NCBI RefSeq assembly: GCF_009914755.1
Contig: NC_060932.1
Source: the human T2T-CHM13v2.0 reference genome, Homo sapiens
Strand: one strand, 5' to 3'
DNA: 64,000 bases
Translations under genes and position numbers: made by a program
Part shown: in pieces, positions 45,240 to 59,345 of the stretch
Layout of the letters: every line of letters begins with the position of its first letter
Numbering within the stretch: position 1 is the first letter of the stretch
Notes under the pieces: model-generated
Seen by the model: only the letters and a program-made list of their open reading frames with translations
Told to the model about the DNA's origin: nothing
Databases searched by the model: none

Positions 45240-46290
45240 CTGGGAAAAGCAGTCCAGCTGAGGTCATTGCTGAGTCTGCGGTCGCTTTTAAAGCCAAAAT
45301 CATTTGGTATTTATGGTGCTTTGAAAATGTCTTATTTTCTGCCAACAGATCTATGACTTACAGCATTATTTGCATTTTCAGATGAAGAAGATGTGTCTCA
45401 AGAACTTATCTAAAGATACGTTGGGTAGTAATTGGTTGAGCCAGGATTTAAACCTCGGTGTCTTTGACTCTAAATGTTGTACCTTGGCCCTTTCACTTGC
45501 CTGTCTCCCTTTAATGGTGATGTGGAAAGAATCTGTCGTTTGGTATCAACCTTGAATTTGAATCTGGCTTGTTCTCTTCTCAGATCCATGAGATTATATA
45601 ATTAATCTCTCTCAATCTCATTTTTCTAATTTGCAAAAAAAGACAATTCAAGTTATCAGAAGGCTTACATAAATTAGTGTGTTTTCAAATGCTTTATATA
45701 GAACCTGGTGCGTAAGCGTTGCCTAACACATTACCTTCCAAGAACTTTATTTTTCTTCTTCCAACCCTCTCTGCATAATGGGGTAAGCTTAGAGGCAGCT
45801 GACACCACTACCACTGCCCATTGTGCTAGCAAGCCTGCCCCAAGCGGGAGGATCATTAATTTCAAAGCAAACCGTGCACACCTCTCTCTTAAACAACAGG
45901 AGTTCACTTGCTTACTCAGATTTGTTTCAGTCTGTCTTATAGAGATGTAGCCCTCTTGTTGATAAGGACTGCGACTTTCTTCCTTCCTGTCTGTTTTAGT
46001 GAAAGTGAGTGGTCTGCGTGTCTGAGCAACCACCACAGCAACACCACAGGATTCAGAAACATTGGCTTGAATCTGTGACTTGTGAGAAAGCAAATTTCTA
46101 GGAAACCAAAAATGAAGACTTCAATCTGCAATTCCAATTAAATTGCCATCAACTGTAATATCATCTTTCAAAGACACATAGGCATGCCTGAGTTTGTAAT
46201 ATTAGTCACAATATAATAATAAACAATGTTATGAATTTATTACATAAGCTTATGGATGATTCTGTTTACAAACAAATCAATAAAGTTACA

Positions 46291-47598
46291 GTATTAGAAT
46301 TCTTCAGAGAATCAGAAACAACAGGACTTATATACACCTTATATAATTCTATTAAAGAATTATATAATATTTTATTCTTAACACTCATTTTATTTGGGTA
46401 CATAGTGTGGTTGTTGATATCTTGCAGTAGTACTGCTTCTAAAAGTAATCAAAAATTGTAGGTGAATTTGAGAAGTTTACAGAATATTTATTCATTGTTT
46501 TCTTAGTAAGTCAGCTTAATGTTTATTTTATATTATTTTGTCACTGGGATAAAGGCTAATGGTGTTTGACTTCACTTCTGTGCAGACTTCAGTCTTAAAC
46601 ACTGTTTTGCCTAAAATTAGCATTGTGATGCTTTCTAAAAGGAATATCTTATAAACCCTATTTCACAGCAGAATTTCCAAATCTGTATAGAGACTACCAC
46701 AAAATTGGACAAGGATTGGCAATTCTTTGTAAAGAATTTGTGAACGGTGTATAAATCTCTTCTAACATTTAATAAAAATTTATTTTAGCCTAACAAAAAG
46801 AATGTTAATAATTTATTATAAATGCTATATATAGATTAACATTATTGATTATATATTAGTAATATTTAGTACTATATATTGCTAATTAGTATTAATATTA
46901 CTGACTTACTCTTTATATAGGACTATATATTCTATAGGACTATACATAGTAGTAATATATAGTCCTATAAATAGAGTAATATATAGTCAGTAATATCAAT
47001 CTAAAATGTTATATAGAATTATATATTATAGAATTATATATTATATCATATATAATAATTATATAATATGATATATAATACATTATCATAACATATTATG
47101 TATTATTAATATGATAATATTACATGTTATTAATATATGTTATTAATTTTTTATATAATATTATAATCTCTTCTACTCGATATTATTAAAAAATGGCTCA
47201 CATAATTATTGAAGCTACAAAGCCCAGACCCAAAAGAACCAATGGTATATTTGTAGCCCTGGTTTGAAGACCTGTGAACCAGGAGAGCTGACAGTGTAAG
47301 TTTCAGTCAAAGTTCAAGTCTGAGTCTGAGGCAAGAGATGACCTATGTCCCAGGTCAAAGACAGTCAGTACAAAGAAGGACTTTGTTTAAACTCAGTCTT
47401 TTCTTCTATTCAAGCCTTCGGTGCATTGGATGGAGACCACTCATTTGGAGAGAGCAATCTACTTTACTCAGCCTATTGATTCCAATGTTAATCTCATTTA
47501 GAAACGGCCTCACAGACACATCCAGAGGTCATGTTTAAACCAAATTATCTGGGCACTCAGTTGGTCAGTCAAGTTGACACATAAAATTCACCCTCACA
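46291..47598 (-). mobile_element. MLT2 (ERVL) solo LTR, interrupted
   Basis: The end piece gtattagaattcttcagagaatcagaaacaacagga lies at 46291-46330. The main part 47180-47598 ends gtcaagttgacacataaaattcaccctcaca. Confidence 0.75.
46800..47175. repeat. AT-rich low-complexity (TA-derived) tract
   Basis: Read directly. It lies where MLT2 elements usually carry a (TA)n microsatellite. Confidence 0.9.
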
Positions 47599-48454
47599 GT
47601 AAGCCTTTAGGTAGCTGAGTTATACATTGATTACATTCAGTCATGTATTCATTCAGCCAGTAGATCAGGACACATTTTACTGCCTTTCATATGCTAGGCA
47701 CTATAGCAAGCTGAATATTCAAAGATAAATATCATCTGGTCCTCAAAAGTTCAAAGTCTATTGGGGCACTGATGGATAAACAACTGTTATCTATAATATA
47801 ATATTAAAAAATTCTCAGAAAGCAGTCTATCATCCTTAATAATTGAAACATTAAGTGTTTTATATGCTTAAAATATGAAGGTCTTACACTTTATAAATGG
47901 AAGCCAAGCTTGTGCTATATTTTTATAGGTGAAGTCTTGAAGTCCAGGGACAAAAGCACTAGTTAACTTCTGGGAGCTTTGGTTCCCTCTGTTGTAATCT
48001 CCTGTAGGGTGTATGCCACAGGTGTGTCTCTTCAATGATGTCCCACTGGATATGCTGTTAATTACCTCCTGGGAGAGAGAGATTTGGAGGCATAAGTGTA
48101 AGATTTCACTTCAGTTTCTCCACAAGTATCTAGGGCAGTGGGAATGGGAAGTGAAGGGAGTAGACACATTTAGTTCGTCTTTTCAAATAATAAAATGAAA
48201 ATGCCCACTTCAATAGTACAGGGTAGTAAGTACTCTAGAGAGTGAACAAAGTGCGTGAGAGTAAATTTGGGTAATATAATAAGAGCAGCTGCTTTTATTT
48301 TGTTGTACTATTATCATAATATAGAAAATTTATGACTACTACAGAGATGGGGGAAAGAACTGATACTGTTAAATGAGACTTCAACCAACATGTCACGAAG
48401 AGGTTCCACTTTTCCACTGTGAAATGGCCAAATTCTACTTTAGATTTATATAGA

Positions 48455-48540
48455 AAAAAAAACCTTATCCTTATACATATTTCAAAATACCATGTTGTAC
48501 ACAACAAGTATATGCAATTTTTATTTGTCAGTTTAAAAAA
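48455..48540 (+). mobile_element. L1MA/MB extreme 3'-end fragment
   Basis: catatttcaaaataccatgttgtacacaacaagtatatgcaatttttatttgtcagtttaaaaaa. Confidence 0.65.
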
Positions 48541-48563
48541 TGGAGTAAAAAGAAAAAGCTTAC

Positions 48564-48846
48564 CATGCCTCTATGCTGTGTGTCTCAGCCCCACAGTGCA
48601 GAAAGCCAGATTTTCCACTGTGTCTCTTGCACTTACACCAAGAGTACACATCCTTTTCTATGTGCTTGTGGGAAAGTTTGAGGTTTGCCTGGCTCCAAAT
48701 AGCTAATCCAAGGAAACGTCTTCCATTCCTCACTTTTGGGTATTTATCCAAAAGAAATTTGGAGGCTGCTGGAGCTGAGCAATTGGAAACACTTTCCAGA
48801 AAATAGTGTGTCACAGTGTTTGCATCAGCTCTTCTCCTCTCTAGAA
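48564..48846 (-). ncRNA. Candidate exon (283 nt)
   Basis: Acceptor cacccttacag| and strong donor ATG|GTAAGC. One frame is open but matches no protein I recognise. Confidence 0.3.
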
Positions 48847-48889
48847 CTGTAAGGGTGCATTGACTTGGTGGGTATATACACTCACCATC

Positions 48890-49060
48890 TCTTGAGTGCT
48901 TTTCGTATGCTGGGCACTGTGCTCGGTGTTTTGTAATCATTATCTCACTTAGTCTTTACAACAATCCTGTGAAGTCAGTACTGACATCCCAATTTACATA
49001 TGAGAAATCTGAAGCTGAGATAAGTGAAGGAGCCAGAATTTAAACTCAAGTCTGCCTTAG
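48890..49060 (+). mobile_element. MIR
   Basis: ttgagtgctttt...tgctgggcactgtgct...caacaatcctgtgaag...tttacatatgagaaatctgaag. Confidence 0.8.
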
Positions 49061-51804
49061 CGGAGCACCCTTTACCGCCACATTGTGGTGAACAGTTTTG
49101 TTAAGGGATTTGGCCCTTGATTGCATTTGAAATGGCTCAGTTGGTGAGGAAAGCCAGGTTCATAGACTCCTAACCTTTGGCCATAGTGTTAATCCAAGTC
49201 TTTTTGAACCAGAGAAGGTATTACAGAAGAAACCACAGCCATGCTACTTTTGGAGTAGGGGCTGGTTCCCTCCACCAAATAGACAGCTTGAAGACTCTAC
49301 CCTGAGCCACAGAAAACCTGCAAGCCATGTGCTCCGAAGAAAAGCCAGACTTCTCAGGAGAAGTTATCTTTTCCAGATTGTACAAACTTGGGAGAGCTTG
49401 GCTTAGTCAGGTTAATGCAGTTTAACACAGAGGCAAAGTAGGAGGGGAAAGAAAGCAAAACTAATGAAGCTCAGCCTTTGATCTCTACTAATCAAGGCAT
49501 TTCATGGGGTACTTTATGATCGTGTAGTATTCCGTTCCTAATGAAAATGGTTTAAGCATGATTTTACTGTAGAGATCTAAGAGGCATGCATCTAGGGAAG
49601 CAGGCCAGATATTAGGTAACTCAAGACCACTCAGGAAATCAAAACAAAGTTACAGCTCCATTAGCCAAGTGTAATGTTTTTAGAGGGAAGGCAAAGGGGC
49701 CCAGGTAGCCAGAAATGTTCCCTGCCTTCATTCTCCCTGGGGAAAATACTGAGTATATTGTACATTCTGATGCATCCTAATCCCTATCTTAACCCTTATA
49801 GAGAGGCAGGACTACAAGTCTTTTACCACCTTTGCACACTAGCACTCAGCTGTTTACCTTATAATAATTTGCCTTTCCACTTTTGGCAGAGTCTTACTTG
49901 CCAGATGGACACTTCATTGAGTGTACATGTTCTGGAAGGAAGGAAACGTCTCGTGGGATGTGTCTGATGGAAAACAAAGATGTCCAGTGTATTACTCTAC
50001 ATTTCAATAGCACTTCATATTTGCAAAGGGCTTTATCACAGTGTTTTATTAGTGACTGCACACAACAGCCCAATGAGGGAAAATGGTAATGTTTTCACTG
50101 CACAAACAAAACTGAAGCATATTCAGGCTAAGCATTTGCTCCAGCCCACACAGCAAAGATTAGAAATTTCAGATTCAAACTTACATATTTTCAGAGCCTC
50201 ACTTGCTTTAGCATCTCTGAGGTGGCAGCTATGACTATACAAGCTCAAAATGAAATGAAATCACAACTTTAGGCGGTACTCTAAGTATCCATGCCAAATA
50301 TAAATTTTTATAAGGTAAAAGAAGTGCATCATAATGGAGAGAGCATGAGAATGGTTTGCCACCTTTTTCTATATTTGCATAATCCCACGTTTTGTGGTTC
50401 TCCCAGTTTATCTACAGTGACTCCTCTCCATTCTCCTCCTGACTTTGAACATTCCCTGAGGTCTAGTTCCTGTGTTTTTAATGCCACTCCTATCCCCAGC
50501 TTCAAATAACATCACAATATTAATAAATCCCAAATTACAAAATTGTTCTCTCTCTTCCAAATTATTCTTGTCCATTTCTTTGGTGATTCACCACGTATTT
50601 CTTGTATTTACCACATGCTTGGGGCACAGGGCAAATAGATAATTAAGTCTCAATACTTCCATTCATGTAGTTCTCAAGCTATCAAGACATGGCCATAGAA
50701 GAGAGCATTCCAATATCCCACGATAAATGTCATCGTGATCTCGGCATTGTCAGAACAGAGAAGCACCTTGCCCTGACTGGGGCTTGGGAGTTAGAGAAGG
50801 AATCCTGAAGGAAACACACTTAATTCTCATTCTCATATTCTCTATTTATCTCTTAATTATTCATATATCTGGTTGTTAATTATTTAGCACTTACTGTGTG
50901 CAAGTCAGAAGTGAGAACACAAAACATTAAATATGACACTTATTTCTGACCTCAAGGATTTTAATAGACAAGCAAGAAGCATGCATATGTCTACAAATAA
51001 GAGTGGTTCCCATATTGATATTTATCTTATCTTCATCTGTCTAGTTAAACATTTAAAATTCCTAGCTTTCAGTATTTATTTTTTATGGTTCTAGTAGAAA
51101 ACCAGTTTTTATAAAGACAAGTTTCTCAATGAAAAGAGCTCTGTGCCCACTAGTTACTAAACATGTAGCTGCAAGAAAATCATAGGGTCACTTTGAATTT
51201 AGTTTCTTTTTCCCCAAATAGGAACTATGAATAGTATTAATACTATGAGGTGTATAAGAATCAAATTATAAGAATGCTGTTATAAGAAGAATTTTTCAAA
51301 CTATAGCCTGTATACCATATAGATAATGGTTAGATTATTTTTATATTGTAATTATGTTAAATTTATTTTAAATTTACAAAAATTGCAAATACATGAATAA
51401 AAGTGTTATCAAATCCATTTCAAATAAGATTGACTATAAGATTTTTAATAATCTTGAATTTATTTTCTTTATATATGCTCCAAATCACTTGTACAGTGTA
51501 GGAAGTGCTGTGAAAAGGCACTGATAATTAGAATTTTAATCTTACAAGAAAAGAATCTAAAAATCAACTAACATCTACCAATTTTTTTGTAATAAGATAT
51601 TTGGGACTTAAAGTGATTTAGTATCTTTCCTAGGGTCTCAGAACTAATTAAACATAGAAGTGAAATAGAGCCCACATCAACTGAGTTCTCATGCATCATA
51701 TTTTATTTGTTGAATTGAGCTGACTTCTTACTGGAGGCAAATTACTTAGCTCCTATTAGGCCAAAGCAAACAAGATTCCATCTATATAATATGTGATACA
51801 ATGG

Positions 51805-52307
51805 GGTTAGTTTCTGTGCCTTTCTGTTTTACCTAGCTCCGTATAATACACAAAACGGAGTGAGAAGCATGTTGGCATCAATAATAAAGTACTGTCACAG
51901 GGCAAGCATGGGAATGCATATCGCTTTATGAAGTTCCAGAGGCTTGGACTGATTATCCTAAGAGCTCTATCCACTGCCATGCCCCTCAACTCCCAAGGAC
52001 CCACGTGAAATGAGTCTCTCTTGAGAGATGAAGAGGGGAGGCATTTATTCACCTGCTCCCATTTCTCATTAGCTAGGTGTTGCCACGTGGGGAGATAATT
52101 CACTCACACTTCCAGATACAATTCCTGGTAGGTACCAGTAGCGGAACCACCCCATAATGTCAGAGAATGTCCAGGGCAGAAAGTGAGAGATGTACGTCAT
52201 AGCTGAGGTGGGTACTGTCAGACTACGCCTAAACCAACCTGATACTGAGGTAACAGATGGAGTAGGGCATGCCAAGAGAGATGAGGGGAAGCAAAAGAAG
52301 TCAGACC

Positions 52308-52311
<4 letters not shown>
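51805..52311. mobile_element. LTR16-like (ERVL) solo LTR
   Basis: ggaggcatttattcacctgctccc and gggcagaaagtgagag...gctgaggtgggtactgtcag resemble LTR16. Confidence 0.55.
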
Positions 52312-52850
<539 letters not shown>

Positions 52851-53730
52851 TTAGTGCTTTCCACATACTAGGTCATTAAAACCTGACAGTAACTTATGAC
52901 ATAGACACTAGTTCTATGTCCCTTTTGCAGAAGAGAAAACTGAGATGGAGGGGTTAATTCAGTTGTTTGAGTTCATGCATTTAGTAAATGCTGTAGCTGG
53001 GAATTAAATTCACACATCCTGGCTCCAAACACCATACTCAGACTATACTGCACTAGGTAGTGTTTGGGAGGTGAGTAAAGGAGAGAAATGTTTTAACTTC
53101 TAAACCAGAATAAAAAGAGTAACTTTGAAAGATACACCTGTCATTTTATGAATGCAAGAAGTTTAGTGTAATAGTTCAGTGAATAAATTTTCAGGTCAGA
53201 CAGGCCCGAATATTAGTTCACTCTCTCAAACTTCTTCTAGCTACTTTGCACAAAATACTTAATGTTTGTAAACCTCAATTCCTTCTTCTATACAATGGGT
53301 CATATTTATTTTATAGGGCTGTTGTGAGAAGGAAGTATATTTAAATTGCTTAGATTACTCAGTAAATCCTCTAGAAATAAATGGTAGCTTAAAATTGTAT
53401 ATCTTTACAGAACATCTATGATTGCACATGTCTCTTCTGCTTTTGAAAGACCTTTTTAAAGAAATATAAAAAAGAATGAAGCTTAGTGCTGGCAGCATAT
53501 GGCTCAGAATGAGGCAGGAAACTTATTTATTTATATACTTGCTTTTCAGTTAAAATCTCTTTAAAATGTTTTTCCTGCCCTTGGCCAACATTAAAAAGCA
53601 AACAATTCTAACATTGGATAGTGCTGAGTTATCTGAATTAAAATCCAGAGGCTGCAGTATGTATAGAGCCCTGGAGCTCCACCATTACTAACCTACTAGG
53701 TATATTTTTTTTAATTTTTAAAATCACTGA

Positions 53731-54028
<298 letters not shown>

Positions 54029-55071
54029 TGAAATGGATATAATAATTATATTTATTTAGCAAGATTGTCCTGAAAACCAAATGGTATGATGTAAGTGACA
54101 CGACTGGCCTACAGTAGATGCTAACCAAATGATAATGTAGTTGCACTGTGATGATGAAAAACTTAGACTATTTCGTGGAAAGGAAAATATGAGATCAAAA
54201 TTCAGTCTGAAGGAAAAAAAATATCTCTTGCTACAATTTTGCTTTTCTTCACCCTCACTTGCCTCTTTATCCTCTTAGTATTTCTAGGGATACCTCTGTG
54301 TATATAAAAGTAGAAACTTTGTTCTTCACCCAATAAAATGGCAAATAGCTAAACACAATGGGGCTAGTTCACGGTGGAATGGCTAGTGTTGGATTGGATA
54401 GATTGGTAAATAAGATAGGGCAATGAAAATTTGATTGGCAGAATACAAATTTTGAAATATAATTTTTAGGTTGCCTTTTAGGAAAAGAGAGTAGAACAGA
54501 ACCACGTTGTATTGGTGAGTAATAGGATAGAAAAGACAGGTCTTTCTGAAGGCCAGACATACATACTATTTTTCCAGGAGATTCAGATGGGATGCATTTG
54601 GCCTCACAGTTGCTTCTTGGGTACTATATCTGCAAACTTTGCTAATTTAGGCAGTATTTCATGTAGCTGAGGAACTTAGGAATGAGAACTTGGTCATATA
54701 TAAGGCCAAAACTACGTATTCTTTGTTTGGGTCTTTGTTCGATATTTGGCCAAGGCCAACATTGGACAGGTGCCTGGCTGCCTTTTGGGAGATGATTGGA
54801 TCCAGAGCACAACATCTGTTTGACATGGGGTTGTGAATGAAACTTCCTGGCATTTGTCACTGTCTATATTCATTTGGTACAAGCAGCAGATTGGTTCTTG
54901 GATTTGAAAATAAAGTAGCATTACCCAAATTTCCCATAGGCATTAATTTAGTGATATTAACAGAAATAACATATTTCATAGTTGAGGACAAAGACCTGTC
55001 CCCCAGTAATTTCTGGGAAAGCCTGGAGGAAGGGGGTGTCTCATCTCTGTTATAATCTTCTCATGACTCAC

Positions 55072-55299
55072 TCATGCACTTTCACGGTAAACGCCCCTCA
55101 TCTTCCACTAGATGCCCTGCCAATGCAGTTACCACTTTAGGGTGGTAGGTCACACTGTTTGTTGCTTGTGACTTCTGAGAAAGCCTGGTTACCATATCAA
55201 GAATATAGTTTCCCAGTGCTCCCAAAGATGTGTCATCCTGTGATTCCAAAATGATATTTTGCTCCATTAAATCTTCCAGGTCTAGAAAAATCATCTCCT
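55072..55299 (-). ncRNA. Candidate exon (228 nt)
   Basis: Strong acceptor ttgcttcttttctgcttag| and donor TGA|GTGAGT. The longest frame stops just before the donor. Confidence 0.35.
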
Positions 55300-56239
55300 C
55301 TAAGCAGAAAAGAAGCAAATGTCCCCTCCCCTACCCAGAGGCAGATGTACTCTAGGGCACTGTAAGTGACCCTAGCAATGTGTTCACATGATCCTATATC
55401 TTATAATATTGACAATCAGTATTAAAAGATATCTATTAAATATTCTCATGCTTCAGATCTCTGCTTAAGTGTCCCTTTCTCAGGAAAGTCTTACAGAGCC
55501 ACTCTACCTAAGTAAATCCCTATCCCCAACTTTCTCTCCCAGCATCAATCACTTGGCACTACTTATAATCATTTAATTAATATATATTTACTTGCACTTT
55601 TGTCTGAATTCTTCAGTACAATATAGATATTTAATGGCAACTACAAAGTTGTCAATACATATTCATACATTCCCATCAAATGGCATTATAAATATAGCCA
55701 TAGAAATCTGTAAAGGAAACACACAGATACAGCTTTAAACTTGTATTCTATTACTAGATCACACTAGCTACTGATTTTTTTTTTGGAAATAGATAGATAA
55801 ATAAGTAGATAATCTGTTTAATAAATTTTCATGTTTGAATGAATGATATCATGAGCAGAAGATAACTCTTGGGAGCAAAGTCAGGAGGACTGGATTGGAT
55901 ATGAAGATAGGCAAGTGTTACCTAGAACAAAAAATTTAAGGGGACACTCACTCTCAGTTCCTGCAAGGTTCTTGTAATGTTTCATATACCAAGTCTGCTC
56001 TTGAATGAACTTAAGAGGATCCCTCCTTAGATTTTCAACCCTGGCTGCCTAATTCACCTCATCCTATCCTGGGTTCTGAAGTAGAATCCCTCAGCAGAGG
56101 CAGAGGTACTACCTTGCTTTTATGACTATAGATCAGGTTGGGTATAAGTTATGGGGGCCTAAAGGTTCAGAATTAGCATGAACATCTTCATCTTCAACTA
56201 GTTACGCTTAGTTGGCTTGGGCCCTGATAACTTCTAGGC

Positions 56240-56345
56240 CAATAGATCCCAATCTTCAGTGTGTGTACAGAATCACACAGCATGCTAGTTTAAAAGGGCT
56301 CATTACCTTCCCTCACTCAGGGGTTCTGATTCAGCAGTTCTCATT
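56240..56345. mobile_element. MER5-like DNA transposon fragment
   Basis: atcttcagtgtgtgtacagaatcac...ttctgattcagcag. Confidence 0.5.
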
Positions 56346-56449
56346 GAACATTTAGGAACTCAACTGCTCTTGTCCTTCCAGATGTCAGCTGCTTGTCCTC
56401 TATCCAATTCTATGTGAAAATACAACAGGAACTTATGGCAGAGAATTAC

Positions 56450-56845
56450 TGTGTAGTTACCAAGTCCTATTTTATTTTCCCTCTAGAAACACAGACCACA
56501 TTTCCCTCTGGCCTTAAAATCAGTTGAACTATGGAACTGATTTCTGGACAGGAGTGATCAATATCACACCCAGGCCAGGCCCATAAGAAGACTCAGGCAA
56601 TCCTCTTTGCCCTCAACCTTTTCTCATTTATCAGCCAGATGTAGACCATGCAGAAGACAATCTGAGAACATAGGAGATAAGGGAATTACTCAGTGCAAGG
56701 AGCTTGTACCTCTAAGTGACTGCCTGGGGCAGCTGCCCTGGCTCCAACATGCTCTGGTCCAAAAAGTAAGTGAAAACATTAGGCATAATTGTATTGAGGC
56801 ATGAGAGTGTGTGGTCAACTGTTAGTGTGACCTCCTATGACTAAA
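56450..56845. mobile_element. Old MLT1I/J-like LTR
   Basis: gaccacatttccct...ccaggccaggcccataa...ggagcttgtacctctaagtgactgc...gactaa. Confidence 0.6.
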
Positions 56846-57408
56846 AGAAAACTCACTTTTTCCTTCTGACCAAGGTAAAAATGTAGTACTTGGTATTTGG
56901 GATGCCTTGTTACTTTTAAGTTTGACTTTGTATTTAGTTTTTCTCACTGTCCAGAAATTCAGATTTATTGACGCAAGTGACACATCAGACAAATATGAGG
57001 CTAAAACCTTGGGATCTGGAATCAGACTTCTTGAATTTGCATCCCAAATCCACTACTTACTGGCTGTGTGTTTTTGAGACAGTTGTGTAACCTCTTTGAA
57101 TGTACTTTCCCACTCATTTATAAAATAAAAGGAGTAATAACACTCTGTAAATAGTAATAATCAAATGGTAGCTATTATTATTGTTCTTATCAATATTAGT
57201 AGTATTATTTAACAGTAATATTAGTAGCCAATATATAAAATAACTAATATATTAATGATATAAATTGTTTATGATATAATTATATTGTTATATACACATA
57301 ATAACCCATTATTGGTGTTACTAATATATTACTAATTAGCATTTAGTTAATACATATTTAGTTAATGGCAATATATATTACTATATATATATTGCTAACA
57401 TATTACCA

Positions 57409-57682
57409 ATTAGTAATATATATTACTAATTTGCATTAGTAATATATATTACTAATTTGCATTAGTAATATATATTACTAATTTGCATTAGTAATATATA
57501 TTACTAATTTGCATTAGTAATATATATTACTAATTTGCATTAGTAATATATATTACTAATTTGCATTAGTAATATATATTACTAATTTGCATTAGTAATA
57601 TATATTACTAATTTGCATTAGTAATATATATTACTAATTTGCATTAGTAATATATATTACTAATTTGCATTAGTAATATATT
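57409..57682. repeat. 26-bp minisatellite, 10 perfect copies, palindromic unit containing an octamer motif
   Basis: The unit tagtaatatatattactaatttgcat repeats from 57411 to 57670 without mismatch, inside the AT-rich region 57170-57730. Confidence 0.98.
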
Positions 57683-58404
57683 AGTGTTATAAATATTTTT
57701 AGTAATATATGTACTAATATTTTTGTATAGTAATAAATACCACTAAATGTTTATATTGCTGATACTAGTAAAATTGGAGAAGTTTTATGTATATTTATGT
57801 ACATTTTACGTATTTTTTTCTTAGTTACATTTTTAGGTTTTGCAAATCCAGAATTTTTATCCCATCTGATTATTAATGTATGACAATAATTATGTCAATA
57901 ATTATGACAATAAGATTGTCTGATAACATTTTCTTAAAGAATGAATCTTTTACCTTAGCATACATGTGATTCTATCGAGACACTGCAAGGATACTAGCGA
58001 CTGTCCCATAGGGGCACACAGGTGTTTCATGTTGTTGCTTTCTACTTCTGATAACAGATCATGAAGCTATGTCATGACATGCCCTCTAGGCTTTTGGTAG
58101 CTGATATTTTCAAATATCAGAGTTTTGTATTCGCCCTCAGATTTCAACAGATTTCAGCAAGATACCAAGTCAGCTCCAACAAATGTGGAAAAACAATCTT
58201 TACTAATAGTATTGCAAAAGATACAGTGTTTCCTCCTATGAAAAAATTGTCTTAAAGAAGTTTCTTCCTTTAAAGAACTCAAGGAAAGAGAAAGACCTTC
58301 CCACACGTCAGAGAAAGACAATCTATATGTTGATACATATTACCCTAAATACATATATGCGTATATAAAAGTTATAATTTAATAGTTAGCAAGTACAGAT
58401 TTGT

Positions 58405-59345
58405 TTTAACTGCTTTATTTAGGTATAAGTGGCCTGCATTAAAGCGCACATATGTGAAGTGTACAATTTTTAAAATTGTGACATATGCATATACCCATGT
58501 GTTCCATCACCACAATCAAGATTGTAAGTATATCCATCACCCCCAAAATTTCTTTGTGATCCTTTGTAGTCCCTCGCCCTTCTTCTCCCCAGAAACCACT
58601 GATCTGCTTTCTGTCACTATAGATTAGTCGGCATTTTTCTAGAATTTTATACCAATGGAAATATACAGTATGGACTCTTTTTGGCCTGGTTTCTTTCCTA
58701 GCATATTGAGATATACCCACATTGTTTCATGTGTAAAGCATTCATTCTTTTTATTGTTGAGTAGTATTCATTCCATATATGTACAATTTGGCTATCCACT
58801 CACCTGTTGATGGACATTTGAATCATTTCCAGTTTTTGGTTATGACAAAGTAAACTGTTAGGTATATTCATGCAAATGTCTTTGTATGAACAAATACTTT
58901 TACTTTAGTAAATACCTAGGAATGGAATGGCTGGATCATATGTGAGGTGTTTATTTGAGTTTTTAAGAAACTGTCAAACTGTTTTCCAAAGTGGCTCTAC
59001 CATTTTACATTCCCAGAAACAGTGTATAAGTGTTCAAGTTTTGCACATCCTCATCAACACTTAGTATGATCAGTCTTTTTATTTTAGTTATTCTAGTAGG
59101 TGTGTAGTGGTGGCACATTGTGGTTTAACTTTCCAGTTCTTTGATAACCAATGATGTTGAGCAACTTTAAGGTGCTTACTGCCATTAGTACATCTTGGGT
59201 GAGCTTTCTGTACAAATGTTTTACCTATTTTTTATTGGATTATTTGTTCTCAATTTTGAGTTTGGGGAGCTCTTTAAATATACTGGATATGATCCTTTAT
59301 CAGATGTGTGATTTGTGAATTTTTTTCTTCTGGTCTGTGGCATTT
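58405..59345 (-). mobile_element. L1MD/ME-type 3' portion
   Basis: caccacaatcaagat, cacctgttgatggacatttg, aagaaactgtcaaactgttttccaaagtggct. Confidence 0.88.

Noticed and set aside
57409-57682. CRISPR-like array of palindromic repeats
   Set aside because: The spacers are an invariant 4 nt, there are no cas genes, and the context is primate DNA. It is a minisatellite.
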